From the NCBI GenBank assembly GCA_965203365.1, contig OZ241878.1, forward strand, positions 3,495,503 through 3,559,502: a stretch of 64,000 nucleotides of DNA. Direction: 5' to 3'. A program made the position numbers and the translations under genes. Below are positions 36,097-46,265 of the stretch, one piece after another; positions within the stretch are counted from its first letter, which is position 1, and each line of letters opens with the position of its first letter. Source of the stretch: Candidatus Poriferihabitaceae bacterium (GTDB lineage: Bacteria > Pseudomonadota > Gammaproteobacteria > Arenicellales > Poriferihabitantaceae). Under the pieces are notes generated by a model that did no database searches, had not been told where the DNA came from, and saw only the letters and a list, made by a program, of their open reading frames with translations.

Positions 36097-37104
36097 TCAA
36101 GGCATCAGGTCCAGGATATCCTGATGCAGTTGGGATGGAATGTCGATCCCGGTTTGCTTACTGTTGGCTCGGTGTTGGAGTCGGCGGGATCCCGGCAGGC
36201 GGGTCCCTTCTTGTGCCAGGATCGCACTGAAGAGCTTTTCGGCCTGCTCCTGGTACCCCGAGTAATTGCCGAACAGTCTCGGGTCCAGGGCCACGATGAG
36301 TTCGCCCCCCTTGGGCGGCCCCTTCCGACCCCCGTCGTCTTCCTGTGATTCGATGCTGAGGAATTCACCAATCAAGGGACCGGCTATCAGTTCAATCATC
36401 AGTGCCAGTGAGGCCCCCTTGTATCCCCCGAACCCGAGTTGGGCCCCTTGCAGGACGACATTGGGATCTGTCGTGGACTCACCATCGGGGCCGATACCGG
36501 CGGTTTCCGGCACCCGATGGCCGTCACGGGCCGCAAGCTGGATCTCGCCTCTGGCCATGGCGGCCGAAGCCTGGTCGAATACCAATGGTGGTTGACCTTC
36601 TCGCGGCCAGGCGAAGCTCATCGGGTTGGTCCCAAAAAGCGGTCGGGTCCCGCCGGCCGGGGCCACATAAGGATACGAGGAAGTGAATGCCAAGGCACAG
36701 TAACCTTTTTCCGCCAATGCTTCGACTTCCGGCCACAGCGCCGCAATGTGAAACATGTTGACATAGGCCAGTGCCGCCATCCCTTGCTGTCGGGTGAGAT
36801 CGATCAGGGATTTGTGACTCACCCGATGACCATAGGGGGCGTAACCCCCGTCTCCATCCAGTTGAAGGATAGAGGGCCCCAGACGTTTCATCTTCGGGTA
36901 CGCCTTGCCGTTGACCCGTCCGCTCTGAACGCCCGCCACATACCACGGGAGACGGAAAAGGCCATGTGAGGGACATCGATCGGCTTCTGCCTGGATCATC
37001 CGGTGGGCGATGGCGGCGGCGTTTTGTGGGTCGCAGCCATTATGCTGCAGGCACTCAATGGCCAAGTCAGTCGCCTCGGACAAGGATAAGTGGACGGTGG
37101 TCAT
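36097..37104 (-). CDS. Ldh family oxidoreductase (malate/L-lactate dehydrogenase family 2)
   Basis: SHGLFRLPWYV, FGTNPMSFAWP and GGYKGASLALMIE are motifs of the Ldh_2 family. Confidence 0.85.
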   Translation of the reverse strand: MTTVHLSLSEATDLAIECLQHNGCDPQNAAAIAHRMIQAEADRCPSHGLFRLPWYVAGVQSGRVNGKAYPKMKRLGPSILQLDGDGGYAPYGHRVSHKSLIDLTRQQGMAALAYVNMFHIAALWPEVEALAEKGYCALAFTSSYPYVAPAGGTRPLFGTNPMSFAWPREGQPPLVFDQASAAMARGEIQLAARDGHRVPETAGIGPDGESTTDPNVVLQGAQLGFGGYKGASLALMIELIAGPLIGEFLSIESQEDDGGRKGPPKGGELIVALDPRLFGNYSGYQEQAEKLFSAILAQEGTRLPGSRRLQHRANSKQTGIDIPSQLHQDILDLMP

Positions 37105-37278
37105 GGGGCAGTGTCAGGATGGCTGGGCCTCGGACTGAGGGAAATGAGGCGGTTGAACAAGGATTCCCGGATCAGGATGGTCCCTTCGGGGACGATCAGG
37201 AGAAAATCCGATGGGAATCCATTGGGAATTATGTATCATCGGGTGGATCATCACAATCGATCGATTGCCAATTTTTTC

Positions 37279-40200
37279 ATGGGAGCTGGTTTGCCCAACA
37301 CCGCTTCCCCGGCTGATCGACGTGAGTTGTTGTCTCAACTCAGTCAGTGCATGCGGGAAGATCGCTCGACGCTGCGAAACGCCATTCAACGGGCGGTTCG
37401 GACCGGGAAAGGGATGGACCGTCTGGCCCAGCGTCTGGCGGCTTCCCGACAGCGGGTGGACTGGCGCATACAGAATCGACCGTCGATCGATGTTCCACCC
37501 GACCTGCCGATCAGTGTCCATGCGGACCGATTGAAAGAGCTGATCTCGGAGCACCCGGTCTTGGTGGTCTGTGGCGAAACCGGATGCGGTAAAAGCACAC
37601 AGATTCCCAAGATGTGTCTGGCGGCGGGATATGGTATCCACGGCATGATCGGCCAGACACAGCCCAGACGGCTGGCGGTCCGTTCGGTGGTGGAACGTCT
37701 CTGCCAGGAATTGTCTTCCCCCTTGGGCGAGGCCGTTGGCTATCGGGTTCGTTTCGAGGAGCAGATCAGCGAACGCAACTATATCCGTGTACTGACGGAC
37801 GGCATGCTGCTGAACGAATGCGCTTTGGACCAGCGGTTGGAACGCTACGATGTACTGATCATTGACGAGGCTCATGAACGGTCACTGAACATTGATTTTC
37901 TGCTGGGCCTCAGCCGGCGGATACTCGCTCAACGGCCGGATTTTCGGTTGATCATCACCTCCGCCACCCTCGACAGCAGCAAGCTCAGCGACTATTTCGA
38001 TGACGCACCGGTCGTGCCGGTGTCGGGACGGCTGTATCCCGTCGAGGTGCGTTACCGTCCGTTGACTGATGATCTGGACCGCCTAGAAGTAATGTCCAGC
38101 GGGATCCTCGAGGCGATTGACGAGTTGCACTGCGAGGCGCTGGGCGATATCCTGGTATTTCTGCCGGGAGAAAGGGAAATCCGGGATGCGGTGAACGACT
38201 TGCAACGAAGACTCAAGCCCGGAATCGAATTGCTGCCCCTCTATGCCCGCCTGACTCCTGCCGAGCAGCAGCGGATTTTCCGGCCTGGGCAGGCCACTCG
38301 CATCATTCTGGCCACCAATGTTGCCGAAACTTCGCTGACTGTGCCAGGGATCCGGCATGTTATCGACAGTGGTCTCGCCCGGATCAGCCGGTACAGCCCG
38401 CAGCGCAAACTCCAGCGACTGCCGGTGGAAAAAGTGTCCCAGGCGGCGGCCAATCAACGGGCGGGCCGTTGTGGACGGGTGGCGAACGGAATTTGCATCC
38501 GCCTATATGATGAGGATGACTTCGCGTCCAGGGCGGCGTTCACCGACCCGGAAATTCTCCGGACCTCCCTGGCCGATGTCATCCTGCGGATGAAGACGAT
38601 GGGCATCGGCGATCTGGATACGTTCCCACTGATTGACCATCCGGGCCGTCGACGGATCCAGGATGGATTGCAGCACCTGTTGGAACTGGGGGCGCTGAAT
38701 GCCCACCGACAGGTGACTGATCTCGGCCACCGGATGGCCCGAATTCCGCTTGATCCCCGGATCGCCCGCATGCTGCTGGCGGCGGAGCAGGAAGGTTGTC
38801 TTGAAGAAATGGTGATCATTTCGGCCGCTCTGTCGTTACCGGACCCCCGTCAGAGTCCCGCCGATCAGATCGACCAGGCCCGGCAAAAACATCAGGCGCT
38901 CAGTCACCACTCTTCGGACTTCCTGGTCCTTCTGGATATCTGGGCGCAGTTCCGGCGTATCCAGAAGGCCGAGTCCAGGCGGCAGGCCGACCGTTGGTGC
39001 CGGAAGAACTTTCTGTCCGTGTTCCGGATGCGGGAATGGGCGGCGCTGCAAGCTCGCATCAAGCAATCCCTGAAACAACTCGGCATCCGTCCCGACGGAA
39101 AAGCGGCCGACCCGGCCCACATTCACCGGGCGTTGATCTCCGGTCTTTTGTCGAATGTGGCTCGATTGGCTACGCCGGCTCAGGATGTGACGAGTCGCAG
39201 GAAGGCGAATCGAAGCCTGGCCCGACGGGCGGAATATGAAGGCACCTTCGGCAAGTCGTTGAGAATCTTCCCCGGATCCGTTCTGCACGGACGGGCACCT
39301 CAGTGGATCATTTGCGCCGAGTTGGTGGAAACCGGCCGGATATTTGCCCGCACGATCGCGCAAGTGGAACCCGGTTGGATCGAGGCGGCCGCAGGCCACC
39401 TGTTGCAACCACACATTAGCGAACCGCACTGGGATCCCCGTCAGGAACGGGTGGTCGCCTACCGGCGGGCGACCTTGTACGGTCTGACGATCTACCGAGC
39501 CAGAATGTGTGATTACAGTCAGGTCAATCCCGAAGCGTGTCGGATGATCTTCATTCGCTCCGCGCTGGTGGATGGCGGTCTGGATACGAGGTTGCCATTC
39601 TATGTCCATAACCGTGCCTTGGTGAGCGAAATCGAATCACTGGAACATCGGACCCGGCGGCGGGACATCCTGGCCGATGAGGCCGAAATCCAGGTGTTTT
39701 ACGAGGAACGTCTCCCCGCTTTTGTGAATAGTGCCAGCTCGCTCAGGAAATGGTACCGCTCACTTGGGGATCAAGAGAAACCCACATTGCGGATTCCCAG
39801 AGAAAGGCTGTTGTTGCATGATCCGCAAGAGGCACTTCGCCTATACCCGGACGAAGTGGAAGTCGATGGAATCCCCTTGAAGCTGAGTTATTTGTACGAT
39901 CCGACCTCGGAACGCGACGGCGTGACGGTAAGGATCCCGCTGCCTCTTCTGAACCAGATCCGCGAATCCTCCTTGGAACGTTCGGTGCCGGGCCTGCTGT
40001 CGGTGAAGTTGACCGCCCTGATTCGCACCTTGTCCAAACCCGTTCGACGCCAACTGATCCCGGTGCCGGACACGGTTGCCGAGTTACAGGATATCGTGGT
40101 GCAGGATTCCGATCCATTACCAGTGGCATTGTCCAGAGCAATCTTGGCTGTCCGTCGGATCGAGGTATGCCCCGAGGATTTTGCCCTGCAGGATCTACCC

Positions 40201-41277
40201 CCCCATCTGCAAATGGGGCTGGAACTCGTGGATAATCAAAACCGCCCCTTGGCGTTCCATCGCGATCTTGAGACCCTGCAGTCCCAGTTCGGCCAACGGG
40301 CCCATGCGAGCTTTGTGGCGTGTGCTGAGACCGACATCATACGGCATGGCATTCGACGCTGGGATTTCGACGAGTTGCCACGCACCTTATCGATCCGAGT
40401 GGGGGACTATCACACCCGGGGATGGCCAGCGGTGGTGGATTGTGAAGACAGTGTTTCCATTGAGGTGTTCGATCACGAAGAGATTGCCCGGATGGCCCAT
40501 CGGGACGGTGTTCGGCGGTTATTGTGGCTGAGCATGCCCATTCATCGTAAACTGTTGAAGCAGCCCCTATTGGACTGGCAATGGATCCGGTTGAGGTACT
40601 CTGCCATCGGCAATACCAATCGCCTGCCACTTGCCGTATTGCACAAGGCCCAGGATCGGGTGTTTTTTGAAGAGCGACCAGAAGTCCGCCACCGGCAGGA
40701 TTTTATCAACCTGATGATCCATCAGGGGCCGTTGCTACCGGCAGCGGTGGAAACCATTGCCCGGCAAGTCGCCCGGATCCTTGCAAGCTGGAGCGAGCTA
40801 CGGGAGTTTGTTCGGGAGCATGAAGCCGAACTGCCGCAAGCGACTTTGAAGGACGTGATGGAACAGTTGTCGCATCTGGTCTATGATGGTTTCGTGGAGG
40901 ATACCCCGGTTGGTTGGTTGCCGGAGCTGAAACGATATCTCCAGGGCATTCGGGTTCGACTCGAACAAGCGTGGCAGGACCCACCCACCGATTCGACCCG
41001 AGCCCGCCGGGTGAGTCCGTGGTGGCAGTTGTATCTGAAGGATGATGGATGTCATGGTCCGGCCCGGGAACGGTTCCGCTGGTTGCTGGAGGAGTTCAGA
41101 GTCTCCATCTTCGCCCAGAGATTGGGTACCTCGGTACGCATTTCCGCCCCACGGCTGGAAGCGGCCTGGCAGGATGTCCTGACAGAGCGGGCGACCCATC
41201 GACGGGATGTCCGCCGAAGCGCTGGACTTTCCGATCGTGAATCTTCCCCGATTGAACACGGGTTGCCCCGGAGTTGA
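37279..41277 (+). CDS. hrpA: ATP-dependent RNA helicase HrpA (DEAH box)
   Basis: Walker A GETGCGKSTQIPK, DEAHER box, TNVAETSLTVPGI, QRAGRCGR, and a long HrpA-type C-terminal region. The ATG at 37279 places the Walker A near residue 100. An alternative start is the ATG at 37231. Confidence 0.9.
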   Translation: MGAGLPNTASPADRRELLSQLSQCMREDRSTLRNAIQRAVRTGKGMDRLAQRLAASRQRVDWRIQNRPSIDVPPDLPISVHADRLKELISEHPVLVVCGETGCGKSTQIPKMCLAAGYGIHGMIGQTQPRRLAVRSVVERLCQELSSPLGEAVGYRVRFEEQISERNYIRVLTDGMLLNECALDQRLERYDVLIIDEAHERSLNIDFLLGLSRRILAQRPDFRLIITSATLDSSKLSDYFDDAPVVPVSGRLYPVEVRYRPLTDDLDRLEVMSSGILEAIDELHCEALGDILVFLPGEREIRDAVNDLQRRLKPGIELLPLYARLTPAEQQRIFRPGQATRIILATNVAETSLTVPGIRHVIDSGLARISRYSPQRKLQRLPVEKVSQAAANQRAGRCGRVANGICIRLYDEDDFASRAAFTDPEILRTSLADVILRMKTMGIGDLDTFPLIDHPGRRRIQDGLQHLLELGALNAHRQVTDLGHRMARIPLDPRIARMLLAAEQEGCLEEMVIISAALSLPDPRQSPADQIDQARQKHQALSHHSSDFLVLLDIWAQFRRIQKAESRRQADRWCRKNFLSVFRMREWAALQARIKQSLKQLGIRPDGKAADPAHIHRALISGLLSNVARLATPAQDVTSRRKANRSLARRAEYEGTFGKSLRIFPGSVLHGRAPQWIICAELVETGRIFARTIAQVEPGWIEAAAGHLLQPHISEPHWDPRQERVVAYRRATLYGLTIYRARMCDYSQVNPEACRMIFIRSALVDGGLDTRLPFYVHNRALVSEIESLEHRTRRRDILADEAEIQVFYEERLPAFVNSASSLRKWYRSLGDQEKPTLRIPRERLLLHDPQEALRLYPDEVEVDGIPLKLSYLYDPTSERDGVTVRIPLPLLNQIRESSLERSVPGLLSVKLTALIRTLSKPVRRQLIPVPDTVAELQDIVVQDSDPLPVALSRAILAVRRIEVCPEDFALQDLPPHLQMGLELVDNQNRPLAFHRDLETLQSQFGQRAHASFVACAETDIIRHGIRRWDFDELPRTLSIRVGDYHTRGWPAVVDCEDSVSIEVFDHEEIARMAHRDGVRRLLWLSMPIHRKLLKQPLLDWQWIRLRYSAIGNTNRLPLAVLHKAQDRVFFEERPEVRHRQDFINLMIHQGPLLPAAVETIARQVARILASWSELREFVREHEAELPQATLKDVMEQLSHLVYDGFVEDTPVGWLPELKRYLQGIRVRLEQAWQDPPTDSTRARRVSPWWQLYLKDDGCHGPARERFRWLLEEFRVSIFAQRLGTSVRISAPRLEAAWQDVLTERATHRRDVRRSAGLSDRESSPIEHGLPRS

Positions 41278-41902
41278 CCTGGACAGGTACTGTCGACATA
41301 TCGGCGTGTCTTCCCTGGGGTCGTCGTTGATCCAACCGCACAGGAAAAGCGGAAGACGAGATGATGGAAGGGTTGATCGGGGAGAGAAAAGAGAAGGGGA
41401 GAAGTGGGTCGAAAGAGGCAGTTGCCACGCACGTATTTTGACCTTGCCGGCAAAGATTCAGAAGTGGAATTTCGCCCATCATTTGAATTGACCCATATAG
41501 AGTCTGCTTCGACATCTTCCGGTGGATTGATGTCGTTGTCGGGAAAACAGGACAGGGGGTCGCCAGCGCTACCCGTCCAAGGCCTGCCCCTATCCTGACC
41601 CAGGAGCACCCAGGTCGGGGACCCGCCAGGCAGCCCCGCGTCGATTGGCATGGAACCTGTATCTGGAAGGGGGTGGGCTTTCATTCCATCGGGCGGTGTG
41701 GTTCTGCCTGGCGGCTGACGGTCAAATGGAATGGCACGCTTCAAGATAGGTTAAATTAACAATGCCCATGATCTGAAAACGACCTTGGCATACCGCTTTT
41801 CGATGAAAGGTCTGCGAACAGATTCTTGGACAGTCCCTTGAAAGCCCTGAATTGACTGATCCGGCTAACTTGGCGGGAATGGCTGATGTGCGAATCATTG
41901 TC

Positions 41903-41931
41903 TTGTTCTGCATACCCCAATGGACTATACT
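41903..41931 (+). promoter_or_regulatory. candidate promoter for the RTX-repeat gene (TTGTTC-17 nt-TATACT)
   Basis: Read directly; it lies about 120 nt upstream of the ATG at 42052. Confidence 0.25.
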
Positions 41932-42051
41932 TTGTCGCAGACAGACCGTCGCCGAGACCGGGGTTTCGCCCGGCAGGTAGACAAACTTACACCGCGTCGA
42001 AACGAAGCAGTTTCGTCAGATTGCCATACGTTATGAGAAGATGAAGAAGCG

Positions 42052-42834
42052 ATGAAGAAAAAAAACTTTTTTGAGGGCTCCTGGAGCACCTATGATGGCT
42101 TGAACGGATCGTTGACCTCTAGTAGCCAGTGGCCTTATTTGTTGGCTACTGATAAGAATGATCGGTTTCTTGGCTCGGATGGTGCTGACCGACTCTGGGG
42201 TGGAAAGGGTAACGATTTGATTCACGGGGGCAGTGGCAACGACAAGATCTGGGGAGATGAGGGTAACGATACTCTCCGAGGAGGTGGAGGCGACGATGTG
42301 GTACAGGGTGGGTCTGGCGATGACCGTGTTTATGGAAATGATGGGAACGATATCGTCGTTGGGGGATGGGATAATGATTTCGTCTATGGTGGCGACGGCA
42401 AAGACAGGGTCTACGGAGGCCACGGAAATGACCGTGTTGGGGGTGGCAAGGGCGATGACAAGGTCATGGGCGGCACTGGAAATGATACTGTCATAGGCGG
42501 CTTGGGGGATGATGTACTTTGGGGTTGCGGATACCATTACTATGACGCTACGGGCGCAGGAGGGCAGGAGTGGTACGTGGGAGACTGGCTCTACTTGAAC
42601 GGACGTGGAGATGATGTATTTGTCTTTCAGAACCGGGAAGGGGAGGGTAATGATGTCATCAAGGATTGGGGCGATGGGGATAATGATCGGATTGAGATCA
42701 AGGGAACCACCTATTCGGAACTGAACATCTACCAGGATGGAGCACACACTGTGATCAAATATGGCGAAGATAACAGCATTACACTGGAGAACACGCTTGC
42801 TACCAGTATCGACGAAACGGACTTCATCTTTTGA
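42052..42834 (+). CDS. calcium-binding RTX (hemolysin-type nonapeptide repeat) protein, probable T1SS substrate
   Basis: About 13 consecutive GGxGxDxUx repeats (GGKGNDLIHGGSGNDKIWGDEGNDTLRGGGGDDVVQGGSGDDRVYG...). There is no N-terminal signal peptide. The C-terminus is acidic and hydrophobic (SIDETDFIF). The gene is visibly AT-richer than its neighbours. Confidence 0.85.
   Translation: MKKKNFFEGSWSTYDGLNGSLTSSSQWPYLLATDKNDRFLGSDGADRLWGGKGNDLIHGGSGNDKIWGDEGNDTLRGGGGDDVVQGGSGDDRVYGNDGNDIVVGGWDNDFVYGGDGKDRVYGGHGNDRVGGGKGDDKVMGGTGNDTVIGGLGDDVLWGCGYHYYDATGAGGQEWYVGDWLYLNGRGDDVFVFQNREGEGNDVIKDWGDGDNDRIEIKGTTYSELNIYQDGAHTVIKYGEDNSITLENTLATSIDETDFIF
42172..42525 (+). repeat. tandem 27-nt (nonapeptide) RTX repeat array inside the CDS
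   Basis: Periodic GGnGGnAAnGAT-type units that translate to GGxGxD. Confidence 0.8.
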
Positions 42835-43425
42835 TCCATTCACTGGACAGAGGGGGTTGGATGCCTGAAATGACCGCAGGAACCCAAGTTCAGGAGTGCG
42901 GCTTCCCCGTGACTCGGTGAAACTCGGCTGGTTCGGGCGGTGGAATGCCTCCACTGATTCGAGCAGCGCTTGGCGGAATCGGGTAGCGGACTGGGGGAAG
43001 GCGGGCTGGACGAACGGCTTTCCCGCCCGTGTTCCTTGGGGGGCTGGACGAGCTGTCCCAAGCCCGAGTCATGGGGCATCGGATGAGTCGGGACGAATCG
43101 ACCGGTGCCGTTCGTGGCGGCACCGATGACTGCCACGACGTCACCAGAATGGGGTGCTGACCTCCGGCCAGCCGGACGACGCGGGCCCTAGGCCAGTGTG
43201 AGCCCCGGTGATCGTTCACGACCTGATTGAAGCATGCAAAACTCAGATCGGAGGAGGATTCCACCTAGGTGGCGACCAAGCGATGGATTGGGATGGCCCC
43301 AAAGGCCAAGCGCCAGCGTGAGAATCTGGCCTAAGGTCAAGACTCGATTCATGATCCCATGCACTTCGAGGTCGGCGAGATAATCAGGTTACCCCGGTGC
43401 GCATTCCATCCCGGGCCAAGGGCGC

Positions 43426-43458
43426 AAAAAGCCCCATCCATCGGTCGGATAGGGGGCT
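43426..43458 (-). terminator. rho-independent terminator candidate downstream of the cfa-like operon
   Basis: On the minus strand: AGCCCC-CT-ATCC-gaccgat-GGAT-GGGGCT followed by TTTTG. That is a 10-bp stem with a 2-nt bulge and a 7-nt loop. It lies about 265 nt after the stop at 43724. Confidence 0.45.
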
Positions 43459-43723
43459 GGCAACCCCCTTCTTCCGACACAAAAAATGACTCTGGCAGAC
43501 CGGGACGTGTCATAGTATGTCCCCGGAATCATCTTGTGTCGATCACGAAGCGGATGACAGAGTCGTCCTATCTGTGGAACCCCACTGACCATGCTGCCCC
43601 AAGCCCGATAGCAGAGACAGGAGGTGAACCCCATCTCCATCCGTACGAGGGTCAACACAGGCCTCCATTCCCTCGAACTCGAAAACAAAATGGTCCGGCT
43701 ACCCCAGAAGGCTGACGGGACTT

Positions 43724-44935
43724 CTACTGTTCCTTGCGGTAGGCCACTTGGACGACGTCAGTTGTTCGGGACGCGAAACCCGCCGCACAAGCGGCAAGGT
43801 AAAAATTCCACATCCGATAAAAGCAATCATCAAAACCCAACTGGGCGATCTGGTTCCATTGGTCATTGAATCGGTAACGCCATTCACGAAGTGTACGTGA
43901 ATAGCTGTCGGCGAATGTCTCGGTGCCAATCCATTCGAGACCGACAGCTTTCGGTTGGTCTTGCAGAACCTTGGTGCTGGGCAACATGCCACCTGGGAAA
44001 ATATGCTTCTGGATAAAGTCGACCCCGGTTCGGTATCGAGGGAACAGGCGGTCCGCAATGGTGATGGCCTGAAGCACCGCGATGCCGCCGGGCCGCAACC
44101 GGTCGACCAGGCTCTGGAAATAGACCGGCCAGTAATTCTCGCCCACCGCTTCGATCATCTCGATGGAGGCCACCTTGCTGTAGGTCCCCCGCTCGTCACG
44201 ATAATCGCGTAGCTGGATCGTCACCTTGTCCGATAACCCCGCACGAAAGATTCTTTGTCGGGCAAATTCGTACTGTTCCCGTGAAATGGTCAGGCCCGTG
44301 ACCTTTACACCGCACTCGCGGGCGACATATTCGGCAAACCCTCCCCAGCCGCAACCGACCTCAAGAAGTCGGTCGCCATCGGTCAGCGCCAGACGATCAC
44401 GGATGGCCGCATACTTGTTCTGTTGTGCCTGCGTCAGTGTTTCTTGCTCACTGCGAAACAGGGCGGAAGAGTACGTCATGGTGCCGTCAAGCCATAAACT
44501 GTAGAACGCATTGCCCAGATCATAGTGCGAGGCGATATTTCGTCTCGACCCGCTGGGGCTGTTGAAATTCAGCAAATGGCGCAAGCGTGCCACTAGGCGG
44601 AATAGTCGGCTGCCAAGGAAATGTTGCACCAGGGTCTCGTTGTTGAGCATGATGACATCCATCAGGTCCTGCAGATCGGGTGTGGTCCACCAGCCTTCCA
44701 TGAACATTTCGCCAAATCCCAAGTCACTTTCGCGCAGTAGCCGCCGAAAGAAATTCGGATGATGCACATCGACCCGTCCGCTGGGTCCGGGTTGTGTGCC
44801 GGTGGCCCGGAACTGCCGGCCATTGGGCAGGACAATCTCAATCACTCCCCGTTCCACCCGACTGAGGATGGCCTCGATCAATTGGGGTTGCTTGAGCACG
44901 GCCCAATTGTGGAATATCCGGCCAAGAGGAGTCAT
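43724..44935 (-). CDS. SAM-dependent cyclopropane-fatty-acyl-phospholipid synthase family methyltransferase
   Basis: SAM motif LLEVGCGWGGFAEY, NIASHYDLGNAFY, and a CFA-synthase-like length. The ATG at 44935 overlaps the upstream stop as ATGA. Confidence 0.9.
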   Translation of the reverse strand: MTPLGRIFHNWAVLKQPQLIEAILSRVERGVIEIVLPNGRQFRATGTQPGPSGRVDVHHPNFFRRLLRESDLGFGEMFMEGWWTTPDLQDLMDVIMLNNETLVQHFLGSRLFRLVARLRHLLNFNSPSGSRRNIASHYDLGNAFYSLWLDGTMTYSSALFRSEQETLTQAQQNKYAAIRDRLALTDGDRLLEVGCGWGGFAEYVARECGVKVTGLTISREQYEFARQRIFRAGLSDKVTIQLRDYRDERGTYSKVASIEMIEAVGENYWPVYFQSLVDRLRPGGIAVLQAITIADRLFPRYRTGVDFIQKHIFPGGMLPSTKVLQDQPKAVGLEWIGTETFADSYSRTLREWRYRFNDQWNQIAQLGFDDCFYRMWNFYLAACAAGFASRTTDVVQVAYRKEQ

Positions 44936-45711
44936 GATGTGTGGTCCGATTTTGCGTTGGCCATGGCCAGCAATGAAAAATAAAGTGGCCGGGGCAAGGC
45001 GGCCAGCCACTTCAGGGCGACTGTCATCGCCCACGGAAAAGCGATCTCGAACCGGCCTTGCGTCATCCCGCGCACAATCCGTTCGGCGGCAGCGGTCGGA
45101 GTCATCAACAACGGCATGCGAAAGTGGTTCTTGTCGGTAAGACGGGTCGACACAAAACCGGGATTGCAGATCTGGACGGCGACCCCCGACCCGCGCAGGT
45201 CACAACGCAGATTCTCGGCCAGATGCATCAGGGCCGCCTTGGTCGCCCCATATCCCCAAGCGTTGGGTAATCCCCGGTAGCCGGACAGGGAACCGATCAA
45301 CATCACATGGCCCGACCCTTGCTGACAAAAGGCCGGTACACAGGCCGCCAGAACCCGCAAGGCCCCCGTCAGATTGATGTCCACCATGGTCTCCAGTGCG
45401 GACAGGTTGGGTGATTGCGCCGACATCGGCTCGTAAGCCCCAGCGCAGTAGATCACCCCATCAAGTGGGCGAAGGTGATCAAACACCCGCATCGTGCCGA
45501 CGCGGCTGGTGACATCCACCGGTACTGCGGCATGCCCGCCACGGGTGGTCTGCACGGGGACCATTTCGTCCACCAGGGTCGACAGGGCCTTTTCGTCACG
45601 GGCGGAAGCCGTGACCACCACCCCCGCTTGCGCCAAACGCAGGGCCAGATGACGACCGATCCCGCTGCTCGCACCGACCAGCCAGTAATGTCTGCCCGCC
45701 AGTGGGATCAT
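44932..45711 (-). CDS. SDR family oxidoreductase
   Basis: LVGASSGIGRHLA cofactor motif and catalytic YGATK. ATGA overlaps at both ends. Confidence 0.85.
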   Translation of the reverse strand: MIPLAGRHYWLVGASSGIGRHLALRLAQAGVVVTASARDEKALSTLVDEMVPVQTTRGGHAAVPVDVTSRVGTMRVFDHLRPLDGVIYCAGAYEPMSAQSPNLSALETMVDINLTGALRVLAACVPAFCQQGSGHVMLIGSLSGYRGLPNAWGYGATKAALMHLAENLRCDLRGSGVAVQICNPGFVSTRLTDKNHFRMPLLMTPTAAAERIVRGMTQGRFEIAFPWAMTVALKWLAALPRPLYFSLLAMANAKSDHTS

Positions 45712-46265
45712 GAGGAGTCGTTGGGCCGTACCGGAGCGGTTCCGGAATGTCGTTGGGTGAAAGAGGCCACGATCTCGCCGACCTTGAGACCGAATTTGGT
45801 CATGCGGGCTCGGTTGATCAAGGTGCCGTCTTCCATCAGGTAGAACCAGTCTTCCATCCCTACGGTGATCGGGCCTTGAGGTCGGGCAATCTGCAGTCGA
45901 TAGCGCAGGGTGGCGGCATTGCCTCTTTGGGTGCCTTGCGCTTTTCCGGGAACATCGTGCGCAGTCGCGGTGAAGTTTGCGTCATCCAGAAACTTAAGGT
46001 TCCAGCATCGGGTCCCCACCTCGCCGTCGTCGTAACGAAAGTGCTCGTCCAGCGTGCCCTGATTGCCCGTCCAGTGGCCCATCATGTCCACCGTAAAGCG
46101 CCTTTTCAGATGACCCGAGCGACCGAAAAATGCGCATGACGCGGTCAGTGAACCGTTCAGGAAATGTCGCAGGTCCAAAGTCGGCTTCTGGTTCGCATAG
46201 GCGTCAATATGCTGCGAGCCCCATCCGAACGGTAGGGCAGTGTGTGGCAAAGGTCGTGTCTTCAC
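45708..46265 (-). CDS. DUF3833 family protein
   Basis: LDLRHFLNGSL.A...F.GRSGHLKRRFTVDMMGHW...LDEHFRYDDGE...RCWNL matches my recollection of DUF3833. The GTG start overlaps the MFS stop. I saw no lipoprotein signal. Confidence 0.7.
   Translation of the reverse strand: MKTRPLPHTALPFGWGSQHIDAYANQKPTLDLRHFLNGSLTASCAFFGRSGHLKRRFTVDMMGHWTGNQGTLDEHFRYDDGEVGTRCWNLKFLDDANFTATAHDVPGKAQGTQRGNAATLRYRLQIARPQGPITVGMEDWFYLMEDGTLINRARMTKFGLKVGEIVASFTQRHSGTAPVRPNDSS

Noticed and set aside
42031-42954. 307-aa ORF on the minus strand covering the RTX gene
   Set aside because: It is the antisense reading of the GGxGxD repeat array. The plus strand gives canonical nonapeptide repeats, an ATG start and a typical C-terminus, whereas the minus-strand product is a low-complexity I/V/S/P repeat artefact.
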